Shown here: in pieces, positions 46,774-53,848 of the stretch | Layout of the letters: the number at the start of each line of letters is the position of its first letter | How positions within the stretch are numbered: position 1 is the stretch's first letter | Assembly: GCA_031459625.1 (NCBI GenBank) | Contig: JAVKIH010000016.1 | Location: forward strand, 1 to 53,848 | Length of the DNA stretch: 53,848 bases | Reading direction: 5' to 3' | Source of the DNA: Candidatus Geohabitans tengchongensis | GTDB lineage: Bacteria; Sysuimicrobiota; Sysuimicrobiia; Sysuimicrobiales; Humicultoraceae | The notes under the pieces: model-generated | What the model saw: the letters and a program-made list of their open reading frames with translations, nothing else | What the model was told of the DNA's origin: nothing | The model's database searches: none | Made by a program: the position numbers and the translations under genes

Positions 46774-49043
46774 CGGTCCGTGGGTGCGAAAGTGCGGATG
46801 AAGTTGATCACGTGCCACCGTTCCTCGGGGGTCAGGACGTCGCGGAAGGCCGGCATGGCCGTTCCGGTCACGCCGTTCGTCACCCAGTAGAAGAGCTGTC
46901 CGTCCGTATGCCCGGCGGCCATGTGGATGCGGAAGTCGGCCGGGCGCGGCACCATCGTGGCCGCCGCCGGACCGTCGCCCCGTCCCTCCACACCATGGCA
47001 GACCTGGCACCGGGCGCGGTAGACGACCTCGCCGACCCGCAGCGACTCCGCGGTGGGCGAGAAGGGATTGGTGGCCGCCAGCAGGGCCTGCTCCCCGCGC
47101 ACGGCCTGCACCGCCAGGAACAGGCCGGCGGCGGCAAGGAAGGCGCCGGTCGCGGCGGCCGCTGCCCGCCGGCGTCCCCTGCGCTGGCGCAGGGCCACCA
47201 CCAGCACGGCGATCCCCACCAGGCCGACCACCACCCCGCCGACCGTGCGCGGCTGCCAGAAGGTCGTGCCGGCGAGCGGCTCGGGTGGGCGGTCCGCCTC
47301 GGCACCGGTGGGGGTGAGGCGGAAGCGCACCGCCGTGCGCGCGTCCTCCATGCCGGCCCGCCGGACGAGCAGCTCAACCTGCCACCGCCCCACGACGGCC
47401 GCCGCAGCGGTGGAGACGACGTACGCCCCCGGACCTGCAGGTCGCGCCCGCTCGACGACTGTGCCAACCGGCTGGTCCAGGTACGTGAAGCGCAGGTCGA
47501 CGCGCTGCGCCGTCACCGGCCGGCCGGCCCGGTCGCGTACCGTCACGGTGACGGTGTTGAGCCCGGGCCGTCCCGGACTGAGCGCCACCGTGAGGGACAG
47601 GTCGCCCGCCGTTGCGGACACGCGGAAGGGGCGCAGGGCCGCCAGGCGCGCGTAGGTGTCGCGGGCAGGGGCCAGGCTGGTGAGCACGGCGCTCGCGCCC
47701 AGGACGAGCACGGCGAGGAGGACCTCCACGGTGACGATCCGGTGGAAGAGGCGCGCCAGACCACTGACCGCGTCGGCACGACGGGCCGGTCCGCGCACGG
47801 CGGCGGCCAGCTTCGGGCGGATCAGCGTCAAGTTCACGCCGCCGAGCAGCACCAGCGGGACGACGAGGAGGAGTTTAATGCCCAGGGTCCGGCCGTAGAG
47901 CGTCTCGCGCATGGCCGCAGGCGTGCCGACGTGCGTCCAGGCCAGCACCAGCCCCGAGGCGACGAGCGCGCTGACGGCGGCGACGGCCAGCCGGGAGAAG
48001 CGCGGGACCACCTCGGCCAGCACCGCCTGGCGCTGCGCCCGCGGCAGCGCCCGCAGCCAGAGGGGCAGGACCGCCACCAGGCCGACGAGCCCGCCGACCC
48101 AGACGGAGACCCCGAGCAGGTGGACCCAGTCGGCAACCACCGCCACCGCGGCGCCGGCGGCGGCGCTGTGGCTGTTCAGAGCGGTCGTCGCCAGGACGCC
48201 GGCGGCGAGCAGCGCCGTGCCCACCCGGGCGGCGCCGCCGGCACGCAGCGCGCGCGGGAGGAGCAGTGCCGCGACGATCACCCCTGCTACCCGCAGGGCC
48301 CAGACCTGCCCGAAGCGTGTCCGCCAGGCCAGTTGCCCCAGCGTGGCCAGGAAGGTCTCTGTGCCGGTCCCGCCGACGAGGACACCCTGCACCACCAGGG
48401 CCCCGACGCTGGCCAGCAGCAGGCCGGTCCAGGCCGCCCATACCAGGCGGTGCTCGCGCGCCCGGGCGGCCGCCTCCTGCCCCAGGTCGAGCCGCCGGCC
48501 GCGCAGCGCCGGCCCGAGCGCGAGCGGTCCGAGCAGGAGCAGTCCCAGCAGGACGGCGCCGGCGAGGTACCCCGCCCAGCGCACCGCCGCCTCGAGCGGC
48601 ATGGCCGGGCCGACCTGCTGCGGCGGCTCGGGAGGCGGCGGCACCGTCGCCGGGCCGACCAGCAGGCTGAAGCTCCCCCGGGTGACGTGGCCATCCACCG
48701 CCGAGAGGGCTCGCCACGCCACGGTGTAGACGCTTGGTTCCAGGGGGGCCAGCGCGACCGCGACCGCCGTCCGGTCCCCCGGCACCGGCTGCGTGCCGCC
48801 CCGGTCGACGCGCCGTCCCTGCACGTCGAAGACGGTCAGCTCGGTGAAGCGCAGCTCCACCGGCTCACTGAACCAGACGCGGACGTGCGCCGGCGCATCG
48901 GTCAGGCTCACCCCGGCCGGCGGGTCGGACCGCACGAAGGTGGCGTGCGCCCGGACCGGGATCGCCTGGAGCAATACCCCGATGGTCGCTGCGGCCAGGA
49001 TCGCCGCCGGGACCGGGAGGTGGGACCGTCGCGCCGCGGTCAC
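46770..49043 (-). CDS. CopC-CopD-YtkA-like-cytochrome c fusion protein
   Basis: AHATFVRSDP...SAVDGH; NSHS, DWVHLL; PGLNTV...GRWQVEL; C-terminal CQVCH plus MPAF haem-c domain. Confidence 0.9.
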   Translation of the reverse strand: MTAARRSHLPVPAAILAAATIGVLLQAIPVRAHATFVRSDPPAGVSLTDAPAHVRVWFSEPVELRFTELTVFDVQGRRVDRGGTQPVPGDRTAVAVALAPLEPSVYTVAWRALSAVDGHVTRGSFSLLVGPATVPPPPEPPQQVGPAMPLEAAVRWAGYLAGAVLLGLLLLGPLALGPALRGRRLDLGQEAAARAREHRLVWAAWTGLLLASVGALVVQGVLVGGTGTETFLATLGQLAWRTRFGQVWALRVAGVIVAALLLPRALRAGGAARVGTALLAAGVLATTALNSHSAAAGAAVAVVADWVHLLGVSVWVGGLVGLVAVLPLWLRALPRAQRQAVLAEVVPRFSRLAVAAVSALVASGLVLAWTHVGTPAAMRETLYGRTLGIKLLLVVPLVLLGGVNLTLIRPKLAAAVRGPARRADAVSGLARLFHRIVTVEVLLAVLVLGASAVLTSLAPARDTYARLAALRPFRVSATAGDLSLTVALSPGRPGLNTVTVTVRDRAGRPVTAQRVDLRFTYLDQPVGTVVERARPAGPGAYVVSTAAAAVVGRWQVELLVRRAGMEDARTAVRFRLTPTGAEADRPPEPLAGTTFWQPRTVGGVVVGLVGIAVLVVALRQRRGRRRAAAAATGAFLAAAGLFLAVQAVRGEQALLAATNPFSPTAESLRVGEVVYRARCQVCHGVEGRGDGPAAATMVPRPADFRIHMAAGHTDGQLFYWVTNGVTGTAMPAFRDVLTPEERWHVINFIRTFAPTDR

Positions 49044-49050
49044 GCCTGCC

Positions 49051-49656
49051 TCATCTCCACCGACGCACCAGCGCGAGGCCGCCCAGCACGCTCCCCAGGA
49101 GGCCCAGGACCAGCCCGGCGCCTCCCAGCGTCTGGGCCCGCCGGGCCTGCGCCGCCGCCGCGGCCGTCTCCCGGCTCAGGTCGGCGGGGGACGGCAGACG
49201 CTCAGGGAACTGGATAGCCGCGATCTCCTCGACGCCGTCGAACTTCCCGTCAGCCGAGTCGAAGGTCTCGTCCACCGGCTGCCCCTCGATGGTGCCGGTG
49301 ATGCGGAACCGGTAGTCACCGACCCGCGTGGGGACGATGTCGGCCGTGTACCGTCCCGGCTGGCGGAAGACGGGGCGCAGGGTGAGCGCCCGCGACTGCC
49401 CGCCGAAGAGGACTTCGGCGCGCAGGGTGCGCTCCAGCCCCTCGACCGGCCTCTCTTCCCCACCATGGGGAGCGGGAAGGAGGACCCGCAGGTCCAGCCC
49501 GTTCTTCTCACCGACAAACGCAGGCTCGGTCGCCCATCCTACGACGAACTCGACCTGCCCGACCTTCCGGTGCTCGTGCGCCTCGACGGGGACCGCCCCG
49601 TTCAGGGTCACTAGCAGGGGTACCATACCGATCGCTCCCAGCATCCACCCGCGCAT
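49051..49656 (-). CDS. Exported protein with N-terminal His after the signal peptide and a C-terminal TM anchor
   Basis: VEA-HEHRKVG...VVGWATEP; C-terminal hydrophobic helix followed by RRWR. Confidence 0.8.
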   Translation of the reverse strand: MRGWMLGAIGMVPLLVTLNGAVPVEAHEHRKVGQVEFVVGWATEPAFVGEKNGLDLRVLLPAPHGGEERPVEGLERTLRAEVLFGGQSRALTLRPVFRQPGRYTADIVPTRVGDYRFRITGTIEGQPVDETFDSADGKFDGVEEIAAIQFPERLPSPADLSRETAAAAAQARRAQTLGGAGLVLGLLGSVLGGLALVRRWR

Positions 49657-49760
49657 ACAACTTCCTCCCTTCGGCCATCCCGATGTGTCGCCGGATCTCC
49701 AGGCGCGGCTCCCGTGCAGCCGGCGACGGGGCCGCGTCGCGTTGTCCTGGAGGGGTGCCG

Positions 49761-50186
49761 TTAGAGCGGGCGGGGCGGAGGGTCGGCGGGAGCCCAGGCC
49801 AGGCTGTGGATCGTCGGAGGGACCGGCGGCACGACGGACGCCACCGGCTGCGAGAACCAGACTGGTGTTCCCGGCGCCGGTTCCAGCACGGCGCCAGCGG
49901 CCAGCCCCAGAACCGTCACCGCCGTGGAGGGGGAGGTGGCGAGGACGACGGTCACGCCGCCCTCCCGCCGTGGGGCACCGGCCGGCGCGTGGGTATGCGG
50001 GGCGGCCGCGCCGTGGGTGTGCGGTGGCAGCGAGGACGCCCAGGTGATCCCGTTCGTGGTCAGGACGAGGTGCTCGTGGAGGGGGTCGGCTTCGGCGGCA
50101 TGATGGTCCAGCCGGGCCAGTCCCGCCGCCCAGAGCGCGACCAGGAGCAGACCCGCAACGCGATACCGGCGTGACCGTCCACCCAT
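49761..50186 (-). CDS. His-rich exported small protein ending in DPPPRPL (candidate leader ORF)
   Basis: TM/signal segment, DHH, HEH, HTH x2, Pro-rich C-terminus; first gene after TATAAT. Start could be GTG 50228. Confidence 0.65.
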   Translation of the reverse strand: MGGRSRRYRVAGLLLVALWAAGLARLDHHAAEADPLHEHLVLTTNGITWASSLPPHTHGAAAPHTHAPAGAPRREGGVTVVLATSPSTAVTVLGLAAGAVLEPAPGTPVWFSQPVASVVPPVPPTIHSLAWAPADPPPRPL

Positions 50187-50237
50187 GGTCCTGCCGTGGT
50201 GCGGTCCGTCGACCATCACGGACCGCACGGCGCGTCA

Positions 50238-50291
50238 ATTATACCTCAGGCCGCCTGTCAGGCCGCCTGAGACCACCTGTCAGGCCGCCTG
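50238..50291 (-). promoter_or_regulatory. Copper-cluster promoter: TATAAT preceded by a 22-bp tandem repeat
   Basis: CAGGCGGCCTGACAGGTGGTCT-CAGGCGGCCTGACAGGCGGCCT-GAGG-TATAAT (units 20/22 identical). Confidence 0.7.
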
Positions 50292-51125
50292 CGCCTCCCG
50301 CAGCGCCGCCCGCCCCGCACGCACCGCCTGGAAGAAGGCCGCCTCCTCCTTGAGGGCTAGGCGGCGCGGGCGCGGCAGCGTCACGGGGATCTGGGCTACG
50401 ATGCTCGACCCCGTGCGCGGCGAGGGGCCGCGGCTCATCACCACCACCCGGTCGGAGAGGAAGACCGCCTCCTCGAGCGAGTGAGTGACGAAGACCACGG
50501 TGAGCCGGCGCCCCTCGACCACGCGCAGCAGTTCCAGGTTCATGCGGTCCCGTGTGAGCTCGTCCAGCGCCCCGAAGGGCTCGTCCATCAGCAGCACCTG
50601 GGGGTCGAGGGTGAGGGCCCGGGCGATGGCGGCGCGTTGCTGCATGCCGCCGGAGAGCTTGTCCGGGTAGTAGTCGCCGAAGCCGTCCAGCTCGACGGTG
50701 GCCAGCAGCGTCCGGGCGCGCTCCAGGTACCGGCCGCGCCGCCAGGGCCACAACCACCAGCGCGGGTCGCGCAGCCGCAGCGGCAGGAGGAGGTTCTCCT
50801 CCGTGCTCAGCCACTCGAAGAGGACGGGCTGCTGGAAGATGACCGTGCTGAGCCCCGCGCGCAGCGCTTCCTGCGGCGGGCGTCCGGCCACCTCGATGGT
50901 CCCGGCGGTGGGCGGCCGCAGGCCGGCCAGGAGGAAGAGGACGGTGCTCTTGCCGCACCCCGACGGGCCGATGAGGGAGACGAACTCCCCGGGCCGGACC
51001 TCCAGGGTGAGGCCGGAGACGACCTCCAGGACCTGGCCCGGGGCGCGGCCGGGCCACCCGGCCGGCCGCGCCACCTCGTAGGCCTTGGCCACGTCCACCA
51101 TCCGGATGACGGGGGGTGCGGTCAC
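50280..51125 (-). CDS. NitT/TauT-family ABC ATP-binding protein
   Basis: [30 protein letters not shown]. Confidence 0.93.
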   Translation of the reverse strand: MTAPPVIRMVDVAKAYEVARPAGWPGRAPGQVLEVVSGLTLEVRPGEFVSLIGPSGCGKSTVLFLLAGLRPPTAGTIEVAGRPPQEALRAGLSTVIFQQPVLFEWLSTEENLLLPLRLRDPRWWLWPWRRGRYLERARTLLATVELDGFGDYYPDKLSGGMQQRAAIARALTLDPQVLLMDEPFGALDELTRDRMNLELLRVVEGRRLTVVFVTHSLEEAVFLSDRVVVMSRGPSPRTGSSIVAQIPVTLPRPRRLALKEEAAFFQAVRAGRAALREAQAA

Positions 51126-51126
51126 G

Positions 51127-52116
51127 CTAGGGCATCACCCGACTGGGGAACCGGGTGGTGTAGGCGGCCTGGACGTTGCGCGCCCGCAGCAGGTTGGCGT
51201 TGGCCAGGTCGCGCGCCAGCTGCGTCCACGCCGCCGGGTCGACGTACCCGTAGCCGTGGCGCCGCGTCGCCTCCGTGACCATGATCGAGTAGAGGAAGTC
51301 CATCCCCTCGATCTCGTGGGCCTCCCCGCCCTTGAGGTTCCTGTTGTACTTGACTAGGATCTGCGCCGCCTCCTGGCGGTTAGCGAAGGCGTACTTGAAC
51401 CCGCGGTAGCGGCCCGTGAGGTACTGCTGCACCACCTGGGGGTGGCGGCGGATGATCTCCTCGGTGGTGAAGACGACGTTCTCCGGCCAGCGCTGGTTGA
51501 AGTCGTCGGCGTAGCTGTAGACGTAGTACTGCTCCTTCACGGTGCGCTTGGCCACCAGCACCTCGTTGTAGCCCATGGCGTGGGCGAACTGGTACTGCTT
51601 CTGCAGCCACCCGCCGATGGTGGCCGGGTCGCCCTGCTGGTTGACGATCTTGATCTGCTTCTCCCACCCCGGCCCGATGGCCGCCTTGATCTGCTTGTCG
51701 TAGCCGATCCAGGTGGCGACGGTGCCCTTCACGTCCCGGGGGCCGCTCAGCGGTACCCAGGAGAGGAGGTGGATGGCCGACTTCTGGAAGTCGTGGGCCA
51801 CCACCACGAGCGGCAGGCGCTGCCGTTCCCGGGCTTCCAGGATGTTGTAGGGGTAGTCCACCCCCAGCACGATGTCCCCGCGCCGCGCCGCCGCCATCAC
51901 CCGGTCGATGGGCGAGAGCCCGGGGCCGCCGCCCACGACCTGCACCTGCAGGTTGCCGAAGAGCCTCTTCTCCACCGCCACCGGGTCGCCCATCGACTCG
52001 TTGTGGATGAACCACGCCTCGATGATGGTGACCCGCGGCCCCTGCGCCCCCGCGCCCGCGCCGAGGAGCAGCGCCAGCACGAGTCCCAGGGTTCCCATGA
52101 CGACGAACCTGCGCAT
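51127..52116 (-). CDS. ABC substrate-binding protein (NMT1/THI5-like)
   Basis: Signal peptide, GGGPG, AHAMGYNE, VVFTTEE...HPQVVQQYL...GFKYA. Confidence 0.8.
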   Translation of the reverse strand: MRRFVVMGTLGLVLALLLGAGAGAQGPRVTIIEAWFIHNESMGDPVAVEKRLFGNLQVQVVGGGPGLSPIDRVMAAARRGDIVLGVDYPYNILEARERQRLPLVVVAHDFQKSAIHLLSWVPLSGPRDVKGTVATWIGYDKQIKAAIGPGWEKQIKIVNQQGDPATIGGWLQKQYQFAHAMGYNEVLVAKRTVKEQYYVYSYADDFNQRWPENVVFTTEEIIRRHPQVVQQYLTGRYRGFKYAFANRQEAAQILVKYNRNLKGGEAHEIEGMDFLYSIMVTEATRRHGYGYVDPAAWTQLARDLANANLLRARNVQAAYTTRFPSRVMP

Positions 52117-52144
52117 CGCCCCACCTCCTTTGGCCGTCGGGCGG

Positions 52145-53041
52145 TCAGACCGGCCGCCCGCGCGTGATGCTGACGTGCCAGGGCAGGACCAGCCGCTCGG
52201 CCAGCGTGACCGCACCGAGCAGCACCCACCCGATGAGCGTCGAGCACACCGCCGCGAGGAACACCCGGACCGTGTTCCCCACGTAGCGAGAATCCAGGAT
52301 CATGTAGCCCAGGCCCTCGAAGGCGCCGAAGAGCTCCCCGACGATGGCCCCGTTCACCGCCGCCATCACCCCGCCCTTCAGGCTGGTGAAGATGATGGGC
52401 AGGGCGGACGGGACGCGCAGGAGGAGCATCCGCTGCAGCCAGGTGGCGTTGTAGACGTCCATGAGGTGCTCGCGCATGGGGTCCACCGAGATGAACGCCT
52501 TGTGGGTGTGGTAGAGGACGGCGAAGAAAGTGTACATCCCGGCGATGATGACCTTGCTGGTGATCCCCAGGCCGAACCACACCACCGCCAGCGAGGCCAG
52601 GGCCACGAAGGGGGTGCTGTTGAGGGTGACGACGAGCCGGTAGAGGAAGTCCTCCACCGCCCGGGGCAGCCAGACGAAGAGCATGGCGCCGAGCAGCGCC
52701 AGGGCCGACCCCAGCAGGAAGCCCCAGACCACCTCCTGCGTGGTGATGGCCGCGTAGGCCAGCACGAGGTCCAGGTCCTCGCGCAGGGCCAGGGCGATCT
52801 GGGAGGGGGCGGGGAGGAGGTAGGGCTGCGCGTAGAGGCGCGAGCCGACCTCCCAGGCCGCCACGGCGACCACGGCGAAGACGGTCCACGAGCCCAGCCC
52901 CATCAGGACGGCGCGGGAGACCCGTGGACGGCTCTCCGCGACGGCCGGAGCCGGGACGGCTGGAGCCGGGGCGGCGGACCGGCCGGGCGCGGCGGCGCCG
53001 CCGGGGGCGGTGGCCTGGGCGGGGACGTCGTCAGGCGTCAA
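52145..53041 (-). CDS. NitT/TauT-family ABC permease
   Basis: YLLPAPSQI, VWFGLG, PSALPIIFTSLK, GAIVGE, GLGY. Start codon uncertain. Confidence 0.9.
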   Translation of the reverse strand: MTPDDVPAQATAPGGAAAPGRSAAPAPAVPAPAVAESRPRVSRAVLMGLGSWTVFAVVAVAAWEVGSRLYAQPYLLPAPSQIALALREDLDLVLAYAAITTQEVVWGFLLGSALALLGAMLFVWLPRAVEDFLYRLVVTLNSTPFVALASLAVVWFGLGITSKVIIAGMYTFFAVLYHTHKAFISVDPMREHLMDVYNATWLQRMLLLRVPSALPIIFTSLKGGVMAAVNGAIVGELFGAFEGLGYMILDSRYVGNTVRVFLAAVCSTLIGWVLLGAVTLAERLVLPWHVSITRGRPV

Positions 53042-53462
53042 GGGGGTGCCGCCACGTCAGGCCCGGGAAGCGACTGTAGTCCCTGTCGGTGGTGATCCAC
53101 TCGCAGCCCGACTCGATGGCCAGCGCGGCGAAGTACGCGTCGGGCACCAGGTTGCCCCGAACGGCTGTGCGCCGGCAGAGGTCGACGAAGATCTCCCAAT
53201 GGCGCGGCCTCGGCGCCAGCAGCACGCAGTTCGGCCGCTCCCGCAGGGCCTGAACGAACTTGAGCGCCCGTGCCATCGGCGTCGGCGTCCTGAACACCCG
53301 CGGGTGCGTGACCACGCGCAGAAACCCGCTCAGCACGAGCTCGGCGATCCCGTATGGGGAGGGGGATGCCAGGACCTCCTCCAGCCAGGCACGGTAGCGG
53401 GCGTGGTCGGGAGCGTCCGCTCGATGCGCGTAGACCAGGACGTTCATGTCGAGGAGGATCAT
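53031..53462 (-). CDS. vapC: VapC-family PIN toxin
   Basis: ILLDMNVLVYA, GNLVPDAYFAALAIE, TTDRDY. Confidence 0.92.
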   Translation of the reverse strand: MILLDMNVLVYAHRADAPDHARYRAWLEEVLASPSPYGIAELVLSGFLRVVTHPRVFRTPTPMARALKFVQALRERPNCVLLAPRPRHWEIFVDLCRRTAVRGNLVPDAYFAALAIESGCEWITTDRDYSRFPGLTWRHPLDA

Positions 53463-53698
53463 CCCCGCTCCATGACGTCGAGCAGCGCCGCGGTATCATC
53501 CAGATCCACCCCGGGCTGGAGGCCGTCGCCCCGAAACGTGGGGAGCGCCGGCCCCCGGGTCTTCCGGGGGCGCCTCGCCGCCGCGAGCGCCTGCCGGAGC
53601 GCGTCCTCGATCACCGCCGTGAGGGTGCGCCCGGTGCGGGCGGCCAGCTGTTTGGCTTCGGCCAGCAACTGCGGGTCCAGGCGGATCGTCGTTCTCAT
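53459..53698 (-). CDS. vapB: VapB-family RHH antitoxin
   Basis: MRTTIRLDPQLLAEAK...VIEDALR...PGVDLDD; ATGA-coupled to vapC. Confidence 0.9.
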   Translation of the reverse strand: MRTTIRLDPQLLAEAKQLAARTGRTLTAVIEDALRQALAAARRPRKTRGPALPTFRGDGLQPGVDLDDTAALLDVMERG

Positions 53699-53699
53699 G

Positions 53700-53734
53700 C
53701 ATCGAGATGTAGGCAGTTGACATCAAGATGTCAA
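53700..53734 (-). promoter_or_regulatory. vapBC promoter with two palindromic operators
   Basis: TTGACA-N17-TACATC. Perfect TTGACATC-AA-GATGTCAA (53717-53734) over the -35, and CATCGAGATG (53700-53709) over the -10. Confidence 0.8.
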
Positions 53735-53786
53735 ACCTCAGCGTCCCGCACCGAGCTGGCCCGCAGGCCCTCGTTCGCCCGGACCG

Positions 53787-53848
53787 CTATGGGAGGAAGC
53801 GGACCTCCTCGGTCCGGCCGTCCCAGTGGACGCGCGAGCGGGCGGGCT
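53787..53848 (-). CDS. 3' end of an upstream gene (partial)
   Basis: ...PARSRVHWDGRTEEVRFLP* with host-like codons; too short for a firm call. Confidence 0.45.
   Translation of the reverse strand, partial: PARSRVHWDGRTEEVRFLP

Overview
A very GC-rich bacterial chromosomal segment with about 55 genes. I found no rRNA, tRNA, CRISPR array, integrase or transposase. Left to right: (1) a visibly less GC-rich mercury module, merB-merR-merA, driven by a MerR-type 20-bp-spacer promoter; (2) housekeeping and accessory genes: glyoxalase, SppA, Zn-ADH, DinB-ankyrin fusion, REC-GGDEF, a decayed ABC pair, PhhB and a Phd-Ogt fusion; (3) an unannotated 48-aa secreted propeptide carrying two copies of APELPGEN directly upstream of an XRE-HTH/TPR regulator, i.e. 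a candidate RRNPP-like peptide-signalling cassette and my top candidate for a new system; (4) ALDH, cupin, ABC exporter, esterase, an NpmA/KamB-like 16S rRNA methyltransferase, an S41 protease, FdrA and a Dpp/Opp-type transporter; (5) a STAND-TPR-wHTH-BTAD regulator facing a 12-kb minus-strand envelope cluster (PrsW, DUF350, transglutaminase-like lipoprotein, VWA/discoidin lipoprotein, NHLP-clan protein, RDD) whose two promoters share a near-identical heptamer direct-repeat box with SARP geometry; (6) a CopC/CopD copper cluster headed by a His-rich, PPPR-ending leader ORF; (7) a NitT/TauT ABC transporter preceded by vapBC. Several frameshifts sit in short G/C runs and may be assembly errors. 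All family calls come from motif recognition by eye; no searches were run.
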